NCBI RefSeq assembly: GCF_001457615.1
Contig: NZ_LN831024.1
Span: 3,240,001 to 3,272,000 of the forward strand
Reading direction: 5' to 3'
DNA length: 32,000 bases
Origin: Pseudomonas aeruginosa
GTDB taxonomy: Bacteria > Pseudomonadota > Gammaproteobacteria > Pseudomonadales > Pseudomonadaceae
The notes under the pieces were generated by a model. That model was given only the letters and a program-made list of their open reading frames with translations, had not been told where the DNA came from and made no database searches. Shown piece after piece: positions 7,370 to 18,555 of the stretch (the first letter of the stretch is position 1; each line of letters begins with the position of its first letter). The position numbers and the translations under genes are program-made.

Positions 7370-9214
7370 ATGCACAGAACTTCGCGACGCACCTTCGTCA
7401 AAGGCCTCGCCGCCACCGGTCTGCTCGGCGGACTGGGTCTCTGGCGCGCCCCGGCCTGGGCCCTGGCCGGGCCGGGCCAGCAGAACCTGCTCGCCGGCGA
7501 CAGTTTCGACCTGTTCATCGGCGAGACCCCGGTGAACCTCAGCGGCTCGCCGGCCACCGCCATGACCATCAACGGTTCGCTGCCCGGCCCGACCCTGCGC
7601 TGGCGCGAAGGCGACAACGTGACCCTGCGGGTGCGCAACCGCCTCGCCGAGGACACCTCGATCCACTGGCACGGCATCATCCTGCCGGCCAACATGGATG
7701 GCGTGCCGGGCCTCAGCTTCGAGGGCATCGCTCCCGGCGGTCTCTACGAATACCGCTTCAAGGTCCGGCAGAACGGCACCTACTGGTACCACAGCCACTC
7801 GGGGCTACAGGAGCAGGCCGGGGTCTACGGCGCCCTGGTGATCGACGCCCGCGAGCCGGAACCGTTCAGCTACGACCGCGACTACGTGGTGCTGCTCAGC
7901 GACTGGTCGGACGAGAAGCCGCAGCGCATCCTCGCCAAGCTGAAGAAGCAGTCCGACTACTACAACTTCCACAAGCGCACCGTCGGCGACTTCATCGACG
8001 ACGTCAGCGCCAACGGCTGGGCCGCGACCCTGGCCGACCGCAAGATGTGGGCCGAGATGAAGATGAGTCCCACCGATCTCGCCGACGTCAGCGGCTACAC
8101 CTATACCTACCTGCTCAACGGACAGCCGCCGGACGGCAACTGGACCGGCCTGTTCCGCCCCGGCGAAAAGCTCCGCCTACGCTTCGTCAACGCCTCGGCG
8201 ATGAGCTATTTCGACGTCCGCATTCCCGGCCTGAAGATGACCGTGGTGGCCGCCGACGGACAGCACGTCGAGCCGGTCAGCGTCGACGAGTTGCGCATCG
8301 CCGTGGCCGAGACCTACGACGTGATCGTCGAACCGGGCGGCGAGCGCGCCTATACCCTCTTCGCCCAGTCCATGGACCGCAGCGGCTACGCCCGCGGCAC
8401 CCTGGCGCTGGCCGAAGGGCTTAGCGCGCCGGTGCCGACGCCCGATCCGCGCCCGCTGATCGGCATGGACGACATGGGCATGGGCGGCATGGACCACGGC
8501 GCCATGGGGCATGGCGCGGCGACGAGGCCCGCCAGCGAGATGGACCATTCGAAGATGTCGGGCATGGACATGAATGGCATGGACCATTCGAAGATGGCCG
8601 GCATGGACATGAACGGCATGGACCACTCCAAGATGGCCGGCATGGACCACTCCAGGATGGGCATGGACACCATGCCGATGCAGTCCCATCCGGCTTCGGA
8701 GGACGGCAACCCGCTGGTCGACATGCAGACCATGACGCCGACACCGAAGCTCGCCGACCCCGGCCTCGGGCTGCGCGACAACGGGCGGCGGGTGCTGACC
8801 TACGCCGACCTGCGCAGCCGCTTCGCCGACCCGGACGGCCGCGAACCGGGGCGCACCATCGAGCTGCACCTGACCGGGCACATGGAGAAGTTCGCCTGGT
8901 CCTTCGACGGCATCAAGTTCTCCGACGCCGAGCCGCTACGCCTGACCTACGGCGAGCGCCTGCGGATCGTCCTGGTCAACGACACCATGATGACCCACCC
9001 GATCCACCTGCACGGCATGTGGAGCGACCTGGAGGACGAGCAAGGCAATTTCCTGGTGCGCAAGCACACCATCGACATGCCGCCGGGCACCCGCCGCAGC
9101 TACCGGGTCACCGCCGACGCCCTGGGACGCTGGGCCTATCACTGCCACCTGCTGTTCCACATGGAGATGGGCATGTTCCGCGAAGTGCGGGTAGACGAAG
9201 GAGACAACGCATGA
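7370..9214 (+). CDS. pcoA: Multicopper oxidase, copper resistance protein A (CopA/PcoA, PA2065-like)
   Basis: 614 aa. Tat-type leader [15 protein letters not shown]; Cu ligand motifs [39 protein letters not shown]; Met/His-rich DHSKMxGMD repeats. Confidence 0.96.
   Translation: MHRTSRRTFVKGLAATGLLGGLGLWRAPAWALAGPGQQNLLAGDSFDLFIGETPVNLSGSPATAMTINGSLPGPTLRWREGDNVTLRVRNRLAEDTSIHWHGIILPANMDGVPGLSFEGIAPGGLYEYRFKVRQNGTYWYHSHSGLQEQAGVYGALVIDAREPEPFSYDRDYVVLLSDWSDEKPQRILAKLKKQSDYYNFHKRTVGDFIDDVSANGWAATLADRKMWAEMKMSPTDLADVSGYTYTYLLNGQPPDGNWTGLFRPGEKLRLRFVNASAMSYFDVRIPGLKMTVVAADGQHVEPVSVDELRIAVAETYDVIVEPGGERAYTLFAQSMDRSGYARGTLALAEGLSAPVPTPDPRPLIGMDDMGMGGMDHGAMGHGAATRPASEMDHSKMSGMDMNGMDHSKMAGMDMNGMDHSKMAGMDHSRMGMDTMPMQSHPASEDGNPLVDMQTMTPTPKLADPGLGLRDNGRRVLTYADLRSRFADPDGREPGRTIELHLTGHMEKFAWSFDGIKFSDAEPLRLTYGERLRIVLVNDTMMTHPIHLHGMWSDLEDEQGNFLVRKHTIDMPPGTRRSYRVTADALGRWAYHCHLLFHMEMGMFREVRVDEGDNA
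8543..8668 (+). repeat. In-frame Met/His-rich tandem repeat in pcoA (39-nt unit x2, then 24-nt derivatives)
   Basis: Unit GACCATTCGAAGATGxCxGGCATGGACATGAAxGGCATG at 8543-8581 and 8582-8620, then GACCACTCCAAGATGGCCGGCATG 8621-8644 and GACCACTCCAGGATGGGCATGGAC 8645-8668. Confidence 0.9.
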
Positions 9215-10266
9215 GCCGCCAGCCGAAACCCGCCCGCCTGGCCGGCGGTGCCCTCGCCCTGGGTCTGCTGCTGGGCCTGCCGAATCCCGTCGAGGCCGCG
9301 CAGGACAATGGCATGGACCACTCGGCCATGGACCACGGCGCGATGCCTGGCATGGACCACGGCCAGAGGACCTCCGCCCCGGCGAAACCCATGGACCACC
9401 AGGGGATGGGGCATGGCCGGATGCCGGGGATGGACCACGGCACCGCATCGCCCGCCCCGGCACAGCCCATGGAGCACCAGGGAATGGACCATGGCCGGAT
9501 GCCGGGGATGAGCCGCGCTGCGCGGCAACCTCCGGCGCAGGCCGCGCCCAGCCAGAGCCGTACGCCGATCCCGGTGCCGACCGAGGCCGACCGCCGTGCC
9601 GCCTTTCCGCCGCTGGAGGGGCACAAGGTGCACGACAGCGCGCTGAACAGCTTCTTCCTGCTCGACCAGTTGGAATACCAGGACGCCGACGACGGCAGCG
9701 CGCTGGCCTGGGACGCCAGCGGCTGGATCGGCGGCGACATCAACCGCCTGTGGCTGCGCAGCGAAGGCGAACGGCTCGACGGCAAGACCGAGGACGCCGA
9801 GGTCCAGGCGCTGTTCGGGCACGCCATCGGTCCCTGGTGGGACCTGGTCGCCGGCGTGCGCCAGGATTTCAAGCCCGGCTCGCCGCAGACCTGGGCGGCG
9901 TTCGGCGTGCAGGGCCTGGCGCTCTACGACTTCGAGGCGGAAGTCACCGCCTTCCTCGGCGAGAACGGCCAGAGCGCGCTGCGCCTGGAGGGCGAGTACG
10001 ACATCCTGTTGACCAACCGGCTGATCCTCCAGCCCAGCGCCGAGGTCAACCTGTACGGCAGGAACGATCCCGCCCGCGGCATCGGTTCGGGCCTTGCCGA
10101 TAGCGAGCTGGGCCTGCGCCTGCGCTATGAGATCCGTCGCGAGTTCGCGCCCTACATCGGGGTGACCTGGAACCGCTCCTACGGCAACAGCGCCGACCTG
10201 GCCCGCGCCGAGGGCGAGGACGACGACGAGGCGCGCTTCGTCGCCGGTATCCGCATGTGGTTCTGA
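9211..10266 (+). CDS. pcoB: Copper resistance protein B, outer membrane (CopB/PcoB, PA2064-like)
   Basis: ORF 9019..10266 trimmed to ATG 9211 (ATGA overlap with pcoA stop). 351 aa; signal peptide, MDHxxMDHG repeats, C-terminal barrel [37 protein letters not shown]. Confidence 0.94.
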   Translation: MSRQPKPARLAGGALALGLLLGLPNPVEAAQDNGMDHSAMDHGAMPGMDHGQRTSAPAKPMDHQGMGHGRMPGMDHGTASPAPAQPMEHQGMDHGRMPGMSRAARQPPAQAAPSQSRTPIPVPTEADRRAAFPPLEGHKVHDSALNSFFLLDQLEYQDADDGSALAWDASGWIGGDINRLWLRSEGERLDGKTEDAEVQALFGHAIGPWWDLVAGVRQDFKPGSPQTWAAFGVQGLALYDFEAEVTAFLGENGQSALRLEGEYDILLTNRLILQPSAEVNLYGRNDPARGIGSGLADSELGLRLRYEIRREFAPYIGVTWNRSYGNSADLARAEGEDDDEARFVAGIRMWF

Positions 10267-10285
10267 ACGCGATCGCGGCCAGCCG

Positions 10286-11509
10286 CTAGCGGTAGCCGTC
10301 GAGCAACGGCGAATCGTCGATGAGGTCGCAGCGTTCCAGCGCTGGCAGGTTGCACGGCCGGTAGTCGGGGCATTCGTCCAGCCGCCGCTGCACCGAACGG
10401 TGCAGCTTGACCCGGGTTTCCTGCCCGACCGGTTCCAGCGGCCGCGAGCGCGGCCGGCCACGCGACCAGCGCCAGGCGCGGTTGCCGCTGCGGCGGTCCC
10501 AGACCAGCAGCGGCAGCCACTCGGCCAGGCGCCAGGGCCGGGTCATCACCGGCAGGATCGGCGCGGTCGGGTCCGGGCCCTGCTTCGAACGTGCGCGCAA
10601 CTGGTCGCGGCTGCGCGCCGGGTCGACATGCAGGCCGGCCTCCAGCGCCTCGCCGAGCATCCAGGTAAAGGCCACCAGAGCCAGCCGCGAGTCCTTCGGC
10701 GCATAGCCACCGCCGACATCGGAGTGCATGCCGGGGAACCACACCTGCAACACGTCGGACTTGCGGTCCTTCTCGCCGAACCAGAGGTTCTGCCGGAAGA
10801 AGCAGCGGCATTCGTCGATGGCCAGGGCCTGGCGGACCACGTCGACCATTTCGTTGTTCGAGGAATACGGCACGGTCAGCGGGTCGTAGACCCAGCCCAC
10901 CGAGGTCACGGTGTCGAACAGGCCGAGGAAGTGCACCTTCACCTGCCGGCCGAAGACCTTGCGGAAGCGTCCCAGCAGGCCGAAGTCCGGTCCGCGGCGA
11001 CGCGTGCCGGCCCGCTTGTCTTCGTCGCGGGGCGGCATGCGGGTGGTGAGCAGGGTCCAGGCGTAGTCGAAGAGGTGCGGCTGGTGCGCATCGATCAGGC
11101 CCACCGCGCGCAGCATCGCGGCCAGCACCCGCACCGCGTAGGCCCCGCGGGAAAAGCCGAAGAGGAATATCTGGTCGCCGGGCCGGTAGTGCTCGGCAAG
11201 GAAGCGATAGGCGCCCTCGACGTTGCGCTTGAGCCCCCAGCCGAAGGCCAGGCCGGCGATCCGCGAGGGAAACTTCTGCCACTCGAACAGGGTTTCCTTC
11301 AGGCCGAAGGTGCCGACGCCCTGGTCGTAGTAGGCCAGCACCCTGCGCGGATCGCGCGACAGCGAGCGGTACAGGCGCACCACGTTGGTCGGCTGGTCGC
11401 CGAAGCGGTTCGAGGTTCCGTCGATGCAGACCACCAACTGGCGCGGCGCGTCGTTGTCCTGGGCGCTGCCGGCAGGCGGCAAGGCGGAATCGGGGGAGAG
11501 ATCGTCCAT
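10286..11509 (-). CDS. DUF2235 alpha/beta-hydrolase-like protein (Tle1/phospholipase-like fold; PA2063-like)
   Basis: ORF 10286..11620 trimmed to ATG 11509 (MDDLSPDSALPP). RQLVVCIDGTSNRFG, nucleophile elbow FLFGFSRGAYAVRVLA, HFLGLFDTVTSVG, WFPGMHSDVGGGY. Confidence 0.85.
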   Translation of the reverse strand: MDDLSPDSALPPAGSAQDNDAPRQLVVCIDGTSNRFGDQPTNVVRLYRSLSRDPRRVLAYYDQGVGTFGLKETLFEWQKFPSRIAGLAFGWGLKRNVEGAYRFLAEHYRPGDQIFLFGFSRGAYAVRVLAAMLRAVGLIDAHQPHLFDYAWTLLTTRMPPRDEDKRAGTRRRGPDFGLLGRFRKVFGRQVKVHFLGLFDTVTSVGWVYDPLTVPYSSNNEMVDVVRQALAIDECRCFFRQNLWFGEKDRKSDVLQVWFPGMHSDVGGGYAPKDSRLALVAFTWMLGEALEAGLHVDPARSRDQLRARSKQGPDPTAPILPVMTRPWRLAEWLPLLVWDRRSGNRAWRWSRGRPRSRPLEPVGQETRVKLHRSVQRRLDECPDYRPCNLPALERCDLIDDSPLLDGYR

Positions 11510-11640
11510 TGGGCTCACGCAGGCAAAGCCTGACTTCCGTCGGCGGTGGATGGGAATGGCGACGCATGATACCCAACCTGGATGATCCGCCAAGCGCACA
11601 TTGCCGGGAAATGGCGGCAAAGACGAAAAGCCCCTGGAGC

Positions 11641-11673
11641 CGCAGGGCGAATAACCGCTTCGCGGTTATCCGC
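11641..11673 (+). repeat. REP-like palindromic intergenic element (GCGAATAACCG-cttcg-CGGTTATCCGC)
   Basis: Stem-loop between the DUF2235 and NifS-like genes; same core as copies at 21632-21664 and 21706-21737. Confidence 0.65.
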
Positions 11674-11711
11674 AGCCCCTGGCTTCGGCGAGGGCGGGTC
11701 GAGCCGGCCGC

Positions 11712-12893
11712 TCAGCCTGCCCTGGATACCCCGAGGAACGGCTGCCACGCCGGCGCGCCACTATCCGCCGCGGCCTTGAGGGCGGCCACCGCCGCGTCGA
11801 CGTCGGCCTCGCGGGTGTAGCGACCGAGGCTCAGGCGCACGCTGCGGCCAGCGCTGGCGGCATCGTGGCCGAGGGCGAGAAGCACGTGGGACGGCGCCGG
11901 CCGCGCCGAGTTGCAGGCCGAGGTGCTGGACACCGCCAGGCTGGACTCCAGTGCCTGGGGGACAAAGGCCGGGTTGTCGAAGGTCAGGTTCAGGGTATGC
12001 GCGATGCGTGCGTCGGCGCTGCCGTTCAGGCGCCAGCCGTCGATCTGCGCCAGCCCCTCCAGCAGACGCCGCTGGAGTCCGGCGATGCGCCTGCCCTCCT
12101 CCTCGAAAAGCTCGCCGGCGAGGGCGAAGGCCTCGCCCATACCGACGATCTGGTGGGTCGCCAGGGTCCCGGAACGCAGGCCCTGCTCGTGTCCGCCGCC
12201 GTGGATCTGCGCCTTCAGCCGCCGCTCGGCGCGCGGCCCGACGTACAACGCGCCGATGCCCTTGGGCCCGTAGGTCTTGTGTGCGGAGAACGACATCAGG
12301 TCCACCGCCAGGCGGCCCAGGTCGATCGCCACCTTGCCGCTGGCCTGCGCCGCGTCGACGTGGAACAGCGCGCCGCGCTCGCGCACCCGTTCGCCGATGG
12401 CGGCGATGTCGGTCAGGGTGCCGAGTTCGTTGTTGACCCGCATCAGCGACACCAGGCGGGTATCGGCGCGCCAGGCCGCCTCCACCTGTTCCGGCCGGAT
12501 CAGGCCATCGGTGCCGGGCGCCAGCCAGGTCACGCTCCAGCCGTCATCGGCGAGTTGCTGCACGGTGTCCAGCACCGCCTTGTGCTCCAGGCGACTGGTG
12601 ATCAGGTGGCCGGGTGCGTCCAGCGCCTGGGCCACGCCCTTGAGGGCCAGGTTGTTGGATTCGGTGGCGCCGGAAGTCCAGACGATCTGCCCGGCGCTGG
12701 CGCCGACCAGCGCGGCCACCTGCTCCCTGGCCCGCTCCACTGCCCGCCGCGCCTGGCGGCCGTAGGCATGGGAATTCGACGCGGGATTGCCAAAACACGC
12801 CTGGTAGCCGAGACACTCCACCATGGCCCGGATCACGCGCTCGTCCACGGGCGTGGTGGCGGCGTAATCGAAGTACAACGGTAACGAACTCAT
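11712..12893 (-). CDS. Class V aminotransferase / cysteine desulfurase-like PLP enzyme (NifS/IscS fold; PA2062-like)
   Basis: 393 aa; [62 protein letters not shown] (PLP lysine), [17 protein letters not shown] (catalytic-Cys loop). Confidence 0.93.
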   Translation of the reverse strand: MSSLPLYFDYAATTPVDERVIRAMVECLGYQACFGNPASNSHAYGRQARRAVERAREQVAALVGASAGQIVWTSGATESNNLALKGVAQALDAPGHLITSRLEHKAVLDTVQQLADDGWSVTWLAPGTDGLIRPEQVEAAWRADTRLVSLMRVNNELGTLTDIAAIGERVRERGALFHVDAAQASGKVAIDLGRLAVDLMSFSAHKTYGPKGIGALYVGPRAERRLKAQIHGGGHEQGLRSGTLATHQIVGMGEAFALAGELFEEEGRRIAGLQRRLLEGLAQIDGWRLNGSADARIAHTLNLTFDNPAFVPQALESSLAVSSTSACNSARPAPSHVLLALGHDAASAGRSVRLSLGRYTREADVDAAVAALKAAADSGAPAWQPFLGVSRAG

Positions 12894-13027
12894 CGCATTC
12901 CCCCAATCGATCGGACGGACCCGGAAGCCGACATGGCTCCTTGTCCCTGACGGGCCCGCAGGCCGATCTTAAGAAAAGCGCCGGGGCGTCTGGAAAGAAC
13001 CTTTCGGAACATCCTTAGAGTCAGCAT
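12890..13027 (-). CDS. Candidate small ORF (45 aa) translationally coupled to the NifS-like gene
   Basis: [48 protein letters not shown] at 13027, 11 nt after the ATPase stop, preceded by GAGG with 9-nt spacing; stop overlaps the ATG of the next gene (ATGA, 12890-12893). Confidence 0.35.
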   Translation of the reverse strand: MLTLRMFRKVLSRRPGAFLKIGLRARQGQGAMSASGSVRSIGGMR

Positions 13028-13038
13028 GGTTTCCCGCC

Positions 13039-14649
<1,611 letters not shown>

Positions 14650-14650
14650 C

Positions 14651-15667
14651 TCATGTCCTCGGATCGAAGGCGTCGCGCACCGCTTCGCCGATGAACACCA
14701 GCAAGCTGAGCAAGGTCGCCAGGACCACGAACACGGTCAGCCCGAGCCAGGGCGCCTGGAGGTTGTCACGGCCCTGCCCGACCAGTTCGCCAAGGCTCGG
14801 CGAGCCGGGCGGCAGGCCGAAACCGAGGAAGTCCAGGGCGGTCAGGGTGGTCACCGCGCCACAGAGCAGGAACGGCAGGAAGGTCAGGGTCGCGACCATG
14901 GCGTTGGGCAGGATGTGCCGGAACATCACCCCGGCGTCGCCGAGGCCGAGGGTCCGCGCCGCCTTGACGTACTCCAGGTGACGACCGCGCAGGAACTCGG
15001 CGCGAACCACGTCGACCAGGCTGGTCCAGGAGAACAGCAGCATGATCGCCAGCAGCCAGCCGACCCCGGGCTGCACCAGGCTGGCGAGGATGATCAGCAG
15101 GTAAAGCATCGGCAGACCCGACCAGACCTCGATGAAGCGCTGGCCGAACAGGTCGATCCAGCCGCCGTAGTAGCCCTGCACCGCGCCTGCGCAGATTCCC
15201 AGCAACGACGAGGCCAGGGTCAGGCCGAGGGCGAAGAGAATCGACAGGCGCAGGCCGTAGATCACCCGCGCGAGCACATCGCGGCCCTGGTCGTCGGTAC
15301 CCAGCCAGTTCTCCGCCGAGGGCGGCGCCGGCGCCGGGCGCGCGTAGTTGATGCTGCGGGCGTCGAAGCGGATCGGCGGCCACAGCGCCCAGCCGTCGCG
15401 GGCGATGCGTTCGCTCATGAAGCGGCCGCGGTAGTCCGGCGGGAACGGCAGCTCGCCGCCGAAGGCGGTTTCCGGATAGTCCCGCAGCACCGGCAGGAAC
15501 CACTGGCCACGGTATTCCAGCAGCAGCGGGCGGTCGTTGGCGATCAGCTCGGCGAACAGGCAGGTGACGAACAGCGCGAGGAACAGCAGCAGGGCCAGGC
15601 GCCCGCGGCGGTTGGCGCGGAACGCGGCGAGGCGGCGGCGGTGCAGCGGGGAAAGGACGATGGCCAT
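14651..15667 (-). CDS. sppC: Peptide ABC transporter permease (YejE-like, PA2060-like)
   Basis: 338 aa. NWLGTDDQGRDVLARVIYGLRLSILFAL and EAA-like loop EYVKAARTLGLGDAGVMFRHILPNAM. Confidence 0.93.
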   Translation of the reverse strand: MAIVLSPLHRRRLAAFRANRRGRLALLLFLALFVTCLFAELIANDRPLLLEYRGQWFLPVLRDYPETAFGGELPFPPDYRGRFMSERIARDGWALWPPIRFDARSINYARPAPAPPSAENWLGTDDQGRDVLARVIYGLRLSILFALGLTLASSLLGICAGAVQGYYGGWIDLFGQRFIEVWSGLPMLYLLIILASLVQPGVGWLLAIMLLFSWTSLVDVVRAEFLRGRHLEYVKAARTLGLGDAGVMFRHILPNAMVATLTFLPFLLCGAVTTLTALDFLGFGLPPGSPSLGELVGQGRDNLQAPWLGLTVFVVLATLLSLLVFIGEAVRDAFDPRT

Positions 15668-15668
15668 C

Positions 15669-16742
15669 TCACTGTCTCCTCGCGGCGAAGTCGATGCGCG
15701 GGTCGACCAGGCTGTAGGCCAGGTCGCCGGCCAGCTTCACCAGCAACCCGAGCAGGGTGAAGATGAACAGGCTGCCGAACACCACCGGGTAGTCGCGGCC
15801 GAGCGCCGCTTCGTAGCCCATCAGGCCGAGGCCGTCGAGGGAGAACAGCACCTCGATCAGCAGCGACCCGGTGAAGAACACCGAGACCAGCGCCGCCGGC
15901 AGCCCGGCCACCACCAGCAACATGGCGTTGCGGAACACATGGCCGTAGAGCACCCGGCGCTCGCTGAGCCCTTTGGCGCGAGCGGTGGCGACGTACTGCC
16001 TGGATATCTCGTCGAGGAAGCTGTTCTTGGTCAGCAGGGTCAGGCTGGCGAAACCGCCGACCACCAGCGAACCCACCGGCAGCGCCAGGTGCCAGAGGTA
16101 ATCGGCGAAGCGCGCCAGCGGGCCGAGGCGCTCGGCGCCCTCGGAAGCCAGGCCGCGCAGGGGGAACCAGTCCAGGTAGCTGCCGCCGGCGAACAGCACG
16201 ATCAGGACGATGGCGAAGAGGAAGCCGGGCACCGCATAGCCGACCACCACCAGCGCGCTGCTCCACAGGTCGAAGGCGCTGCCGTGGCGCACCGCCTTGG
16301 CCACCCCCAGGGGAATCGACACCAGGTAGGTGATCAGTGTCGCCCACAAGCCCAGGGACAGCGAGACCGGCAGCTTCTCGGCGATCAGGTCGATGACCCG
16401 CGCGTCGCGGTAGAAGCTCTCGCCGAAATCCAGCCGGGCGTAGCTCGACAGCATCAGCCAGAGCCGTTGCAGCGGCGGCTTGTCGAAGCCGTACTGGCGC
16501 TCCAGGGCGGCCACCAGCTGCGGATCGATGCCGGTCTCGCCGTGGCGCTGCGGTTCCAGAGCGCCATGCCCACCCTCCCCGCCACGCCCCAGCGGGCCGC
16601 CGCCGTCGACGCCCTGCAGGCGCGCGATGGCCTGATCCACCGGCCCGCCGGGTGCGGCCTGGACGATGGCGAAGTTGATCAGCAGGATGCCCAGCAGGGT
16701 CGGCAGGATCAGCGCCAGGCGGCGCAACAGGTAGCCGCCCAT
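15669..16742 (-). CDS. sppB: Peptide ABC transporter permease (YejB-like, PA2059-like)
   Basis: 357 aa. [40 protein letters not shown]; [32 protein letters not shown]. Confidence 0.93.
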   Translation of the reverse strand: MGGYLLRRLALILPTLLGILLINFAIVQAAPGGPVDQAIARLQGVDGGGPLGRGGEGGHGALEPQRHGETGIDPQLVAALERQYGFDKPPLQRLWLMLSSYARLDFGESFYRDARVIDLIAEKLPVSLSLGLWATLITYLVSIPLGVAKAVRHGSAFDLWSSALVVVGYAVPGFLFAIVLIVLFAGGSYLDWFPLRGLASEGAERLGPLARFADYLWHLALPVGSLVVGGFASLTLLTKNSFLDEISRQYVATARAKGLSERRVLYGHVFRNAMLLVVAGLPAALVSVFFTGSLLIEVLFSLDGLGLMGYEAALGRDYPVVFGSLFIFTLLGLLVKLAGDLAYSLVDPRIDFAARRQ

Positions 16743-16743
16743 G

Positions 16744-18552
16744 TCACTGCGCCTCCCGGATCGGCGCGGCCCGCTCGCGGACTTCCCACCAGGTGTTCAG
16801 CCCCAGGCTGTAGCGCGGCGCCTGCGGCGGTCGGCCGAAGCGATTCCAGCTGGCGATCCAGACCTCGTCGGAATACCAGGTCGGGATCAGGTAGTAGCCC
16901 CATTGCAGCACCCGGTCGAGGGCGCGCACGGCGGTTTCCAGGGCGGCCCGCGAGTCGGCCTCGACCACCGCCTGGACCAGCCGGTCGATGGCCGGGTCCT
17001 TCAGGCCGATGCGGTTGTAGCCGCCGGGATCGGCGTAGCTGGAGGAATGCCAGAAGCTGTACTGCTCGTTGCCCGGCGAATTGGACTGGGAGAAGCTCGA
17101 AACGATCATGTCGTAGTCCCGCGCACGTATGCGCTCGATGTATTGCGAAGCGTCCACCTGGCGCAGGCGCATATCGATGCCGATCCGCGCCAGGTTGCGC
17201 TGGAACGGCAGCAGCGCGCGCTCCAGGCCCTTGCCCTGGAGCAGGAGGTCGAAGCGCAGCGGCCGTCCGGCGGTGTCCAGCAGGCGCCCGTCGACGGCAT
17301 GCCAGCCGGCCTCGCCGAGCAGGCGGTAGGCCTGCACCAGGCGCTCGTGGATATCGCCGCTGCCGTCGTTCACCGGCGGAGCGTAGGCCTGGCCGAAGAC
17401 CTCCTCGGGGATTTGCCCGCGCAGCGGCTCCAGCAAGGCCAGTTCGTCGGCGCCGGGCAGGCCGCGGGCGGCCATCTCCGAGTTGTCGAAATAGCTGCGC
17501 AGGCGCTTGTAGCGACCGCCGAAGAGCTGTCGGTTGGTCCATTCGAAGTCGAACAACAGGCTCAGCGCCTGGCGTACCCGGCGGTCCTCGAACAGCGGCC
17601 GGCGCAGGTTGAACACCAGGCCCTGGAGGCTGGCCGGGTACGGGTAGGGAAAGCTCTCCTGGCGCAACCGGCCATCGCGCAGGGCCGGCGAGTCGTAGCC
17701 GCTGCTCCAGGCCTTGACGCTGGTCTCGACATTGATGTCGGCCTGCCCGGCCTTGAACGCCTGCAAGGCCACGCCGCTGTCGCGGTAGTAGTCGAAACGG
17801 ATCCGCTCGAAGTTGTACAGGCCACGCCCGACCGGCAGGTCGCGAGCCCACCAGTCGGGGTTGCGCCGGTAGCTCACCGAACGCCCCGCCTCGGCCTTCT
17901 CCAGCCGGTAAGGTCCGCTGCCCAGCGGCGGCTGCATGCTGCTGCGGTTGAAGTCGCGTCCCTGCCACCAATGCCTGGGCAGCACGTAGAGCTGGGCCAG
18001 CACCAGCGGCAGTTCGCGGTTGCCGGCATGACGGAAATCGAAGCGGATGCGCAGGCGATCCTCCACCACCGGCTCGCGGACCTCCTTGTAGTAGGCGCGC
18101 CAGAACGGGCTGCCCTGCTCGACCAGGCTATCGAAGGAAAACTTCACGTCCTCGGCGGTGACCGCCACGCCGTCGCTGAAGCGCGCCCGCGGATCGATAT
18201 GGAAACGCACCCAGCTGTTGTCCGGGGCTTTCTCGATGTAGCGCGCCAGGTAGCCGTATTCGGTGAACGGCTCGTCCAGTGACTGGAAGCCGAGGGTTTC
18301 GTAGATCAGCGCGGCCTGGGTCATGCTGATCGGCGTGCCGCGGTTGGCGAAGGGGTTCAGCGTGTCGAAGCTGCCGCTTTCCATCCGCCGCAGGCTGCCG
18401 CCCTTGGGCGCCTGCGGGTCGACGAAGTCGAAGTGCTGGAAACCCGGCGGATATTTCGCCGGCTCGTCGTAGAGCGTGATGGCATGGCGCGGCTCGCTGC
18501 GGGCCAGGCTGGCGAGCAGGCAGCAAGCGAAGACCAGGATGCGTCCGGGCAT
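16744..18552 (-). CDS. Extracellular peptide substrate-binding protein (YejA/SBP_bac_5, PA2058-like)
   Basis: 602 aa with signal peptide; [46 protein letters not shown] and [15 protein letters not shown]. Recalled literature names include dppA5/sppA. Confidence 0.92.
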   Translation of the reverse strand: MPGRILVFACCLLASLARSEPRHAITLYDEPAKYPPGFQHFDFVDPQAPKGGSLRRMESGSFDTLNPFANRGTPISMTQAALIYETLGFQSLDEPFTEYGYLARYIEKAPDNSWVRFHIDPRARFSDGVAVTAEDVKFSFDSLVEQGSPFWRAYYKEVREPVVEDRLRIRFDFRHAGNRELPLVLAQLYVLPRHWWQGRDFNRSSMQPPLGSGPYRLEKAEAGRSVSYRRNPDWWARDLPVGRGLYNFERIRFDYYRDSGVALQAFKAGQADINVETSVKAWSSGYDSPALRDGRLRQESFPYPYPASLQGLVFNLRRPLFEDRRVRQALSLLFDFEWTNRQLFGGRYKRLRSYFDNSEMAARGLPGADELALLEPLRGQIPEEVFGQAYAPPVNDGSGDIHERLVQAYRLLGEAGWHAVDGRLLDTAGRPLRFDLLLQGKGLERALLPFQRNLARIGIDMRLRQVDASQYIERIRARDYDMIVSSFSQSNSPGNEQYSFWHSSSYADPGGYNRIGLKDPAIDRLVQAVVEADSRAALETAVRALDRVLQWGYYLIPTWYSDEVWIASWNRFGRPPQAPRYSLGLNTWWEVRERAAPIREAQ

Positions 18553-18555
18553 GGC

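Noticed and set aside
8543-8668. Regular repeats considered as a CRISPR-like array
   Set aside because: Units are contiguous, in-frame within pcoA, with no unique spacers and no cas genes nearby.
8177-8881. 234-aa and 131-aa minus-strand ORFs with striking [15 protein letters not shown] repeats
   Set aside because: The repeats are the antisense reading of the Met/His codons in pcoA, not an independent protein.
16741-18282. Long ORFs antisense to or overlapping the substrate-binding protein and permeases (also 15537-17612, 16709-17971)
   Set aside because: GC-driven open frames over strongly supported ABC transporter genes; no recognisable motifs.
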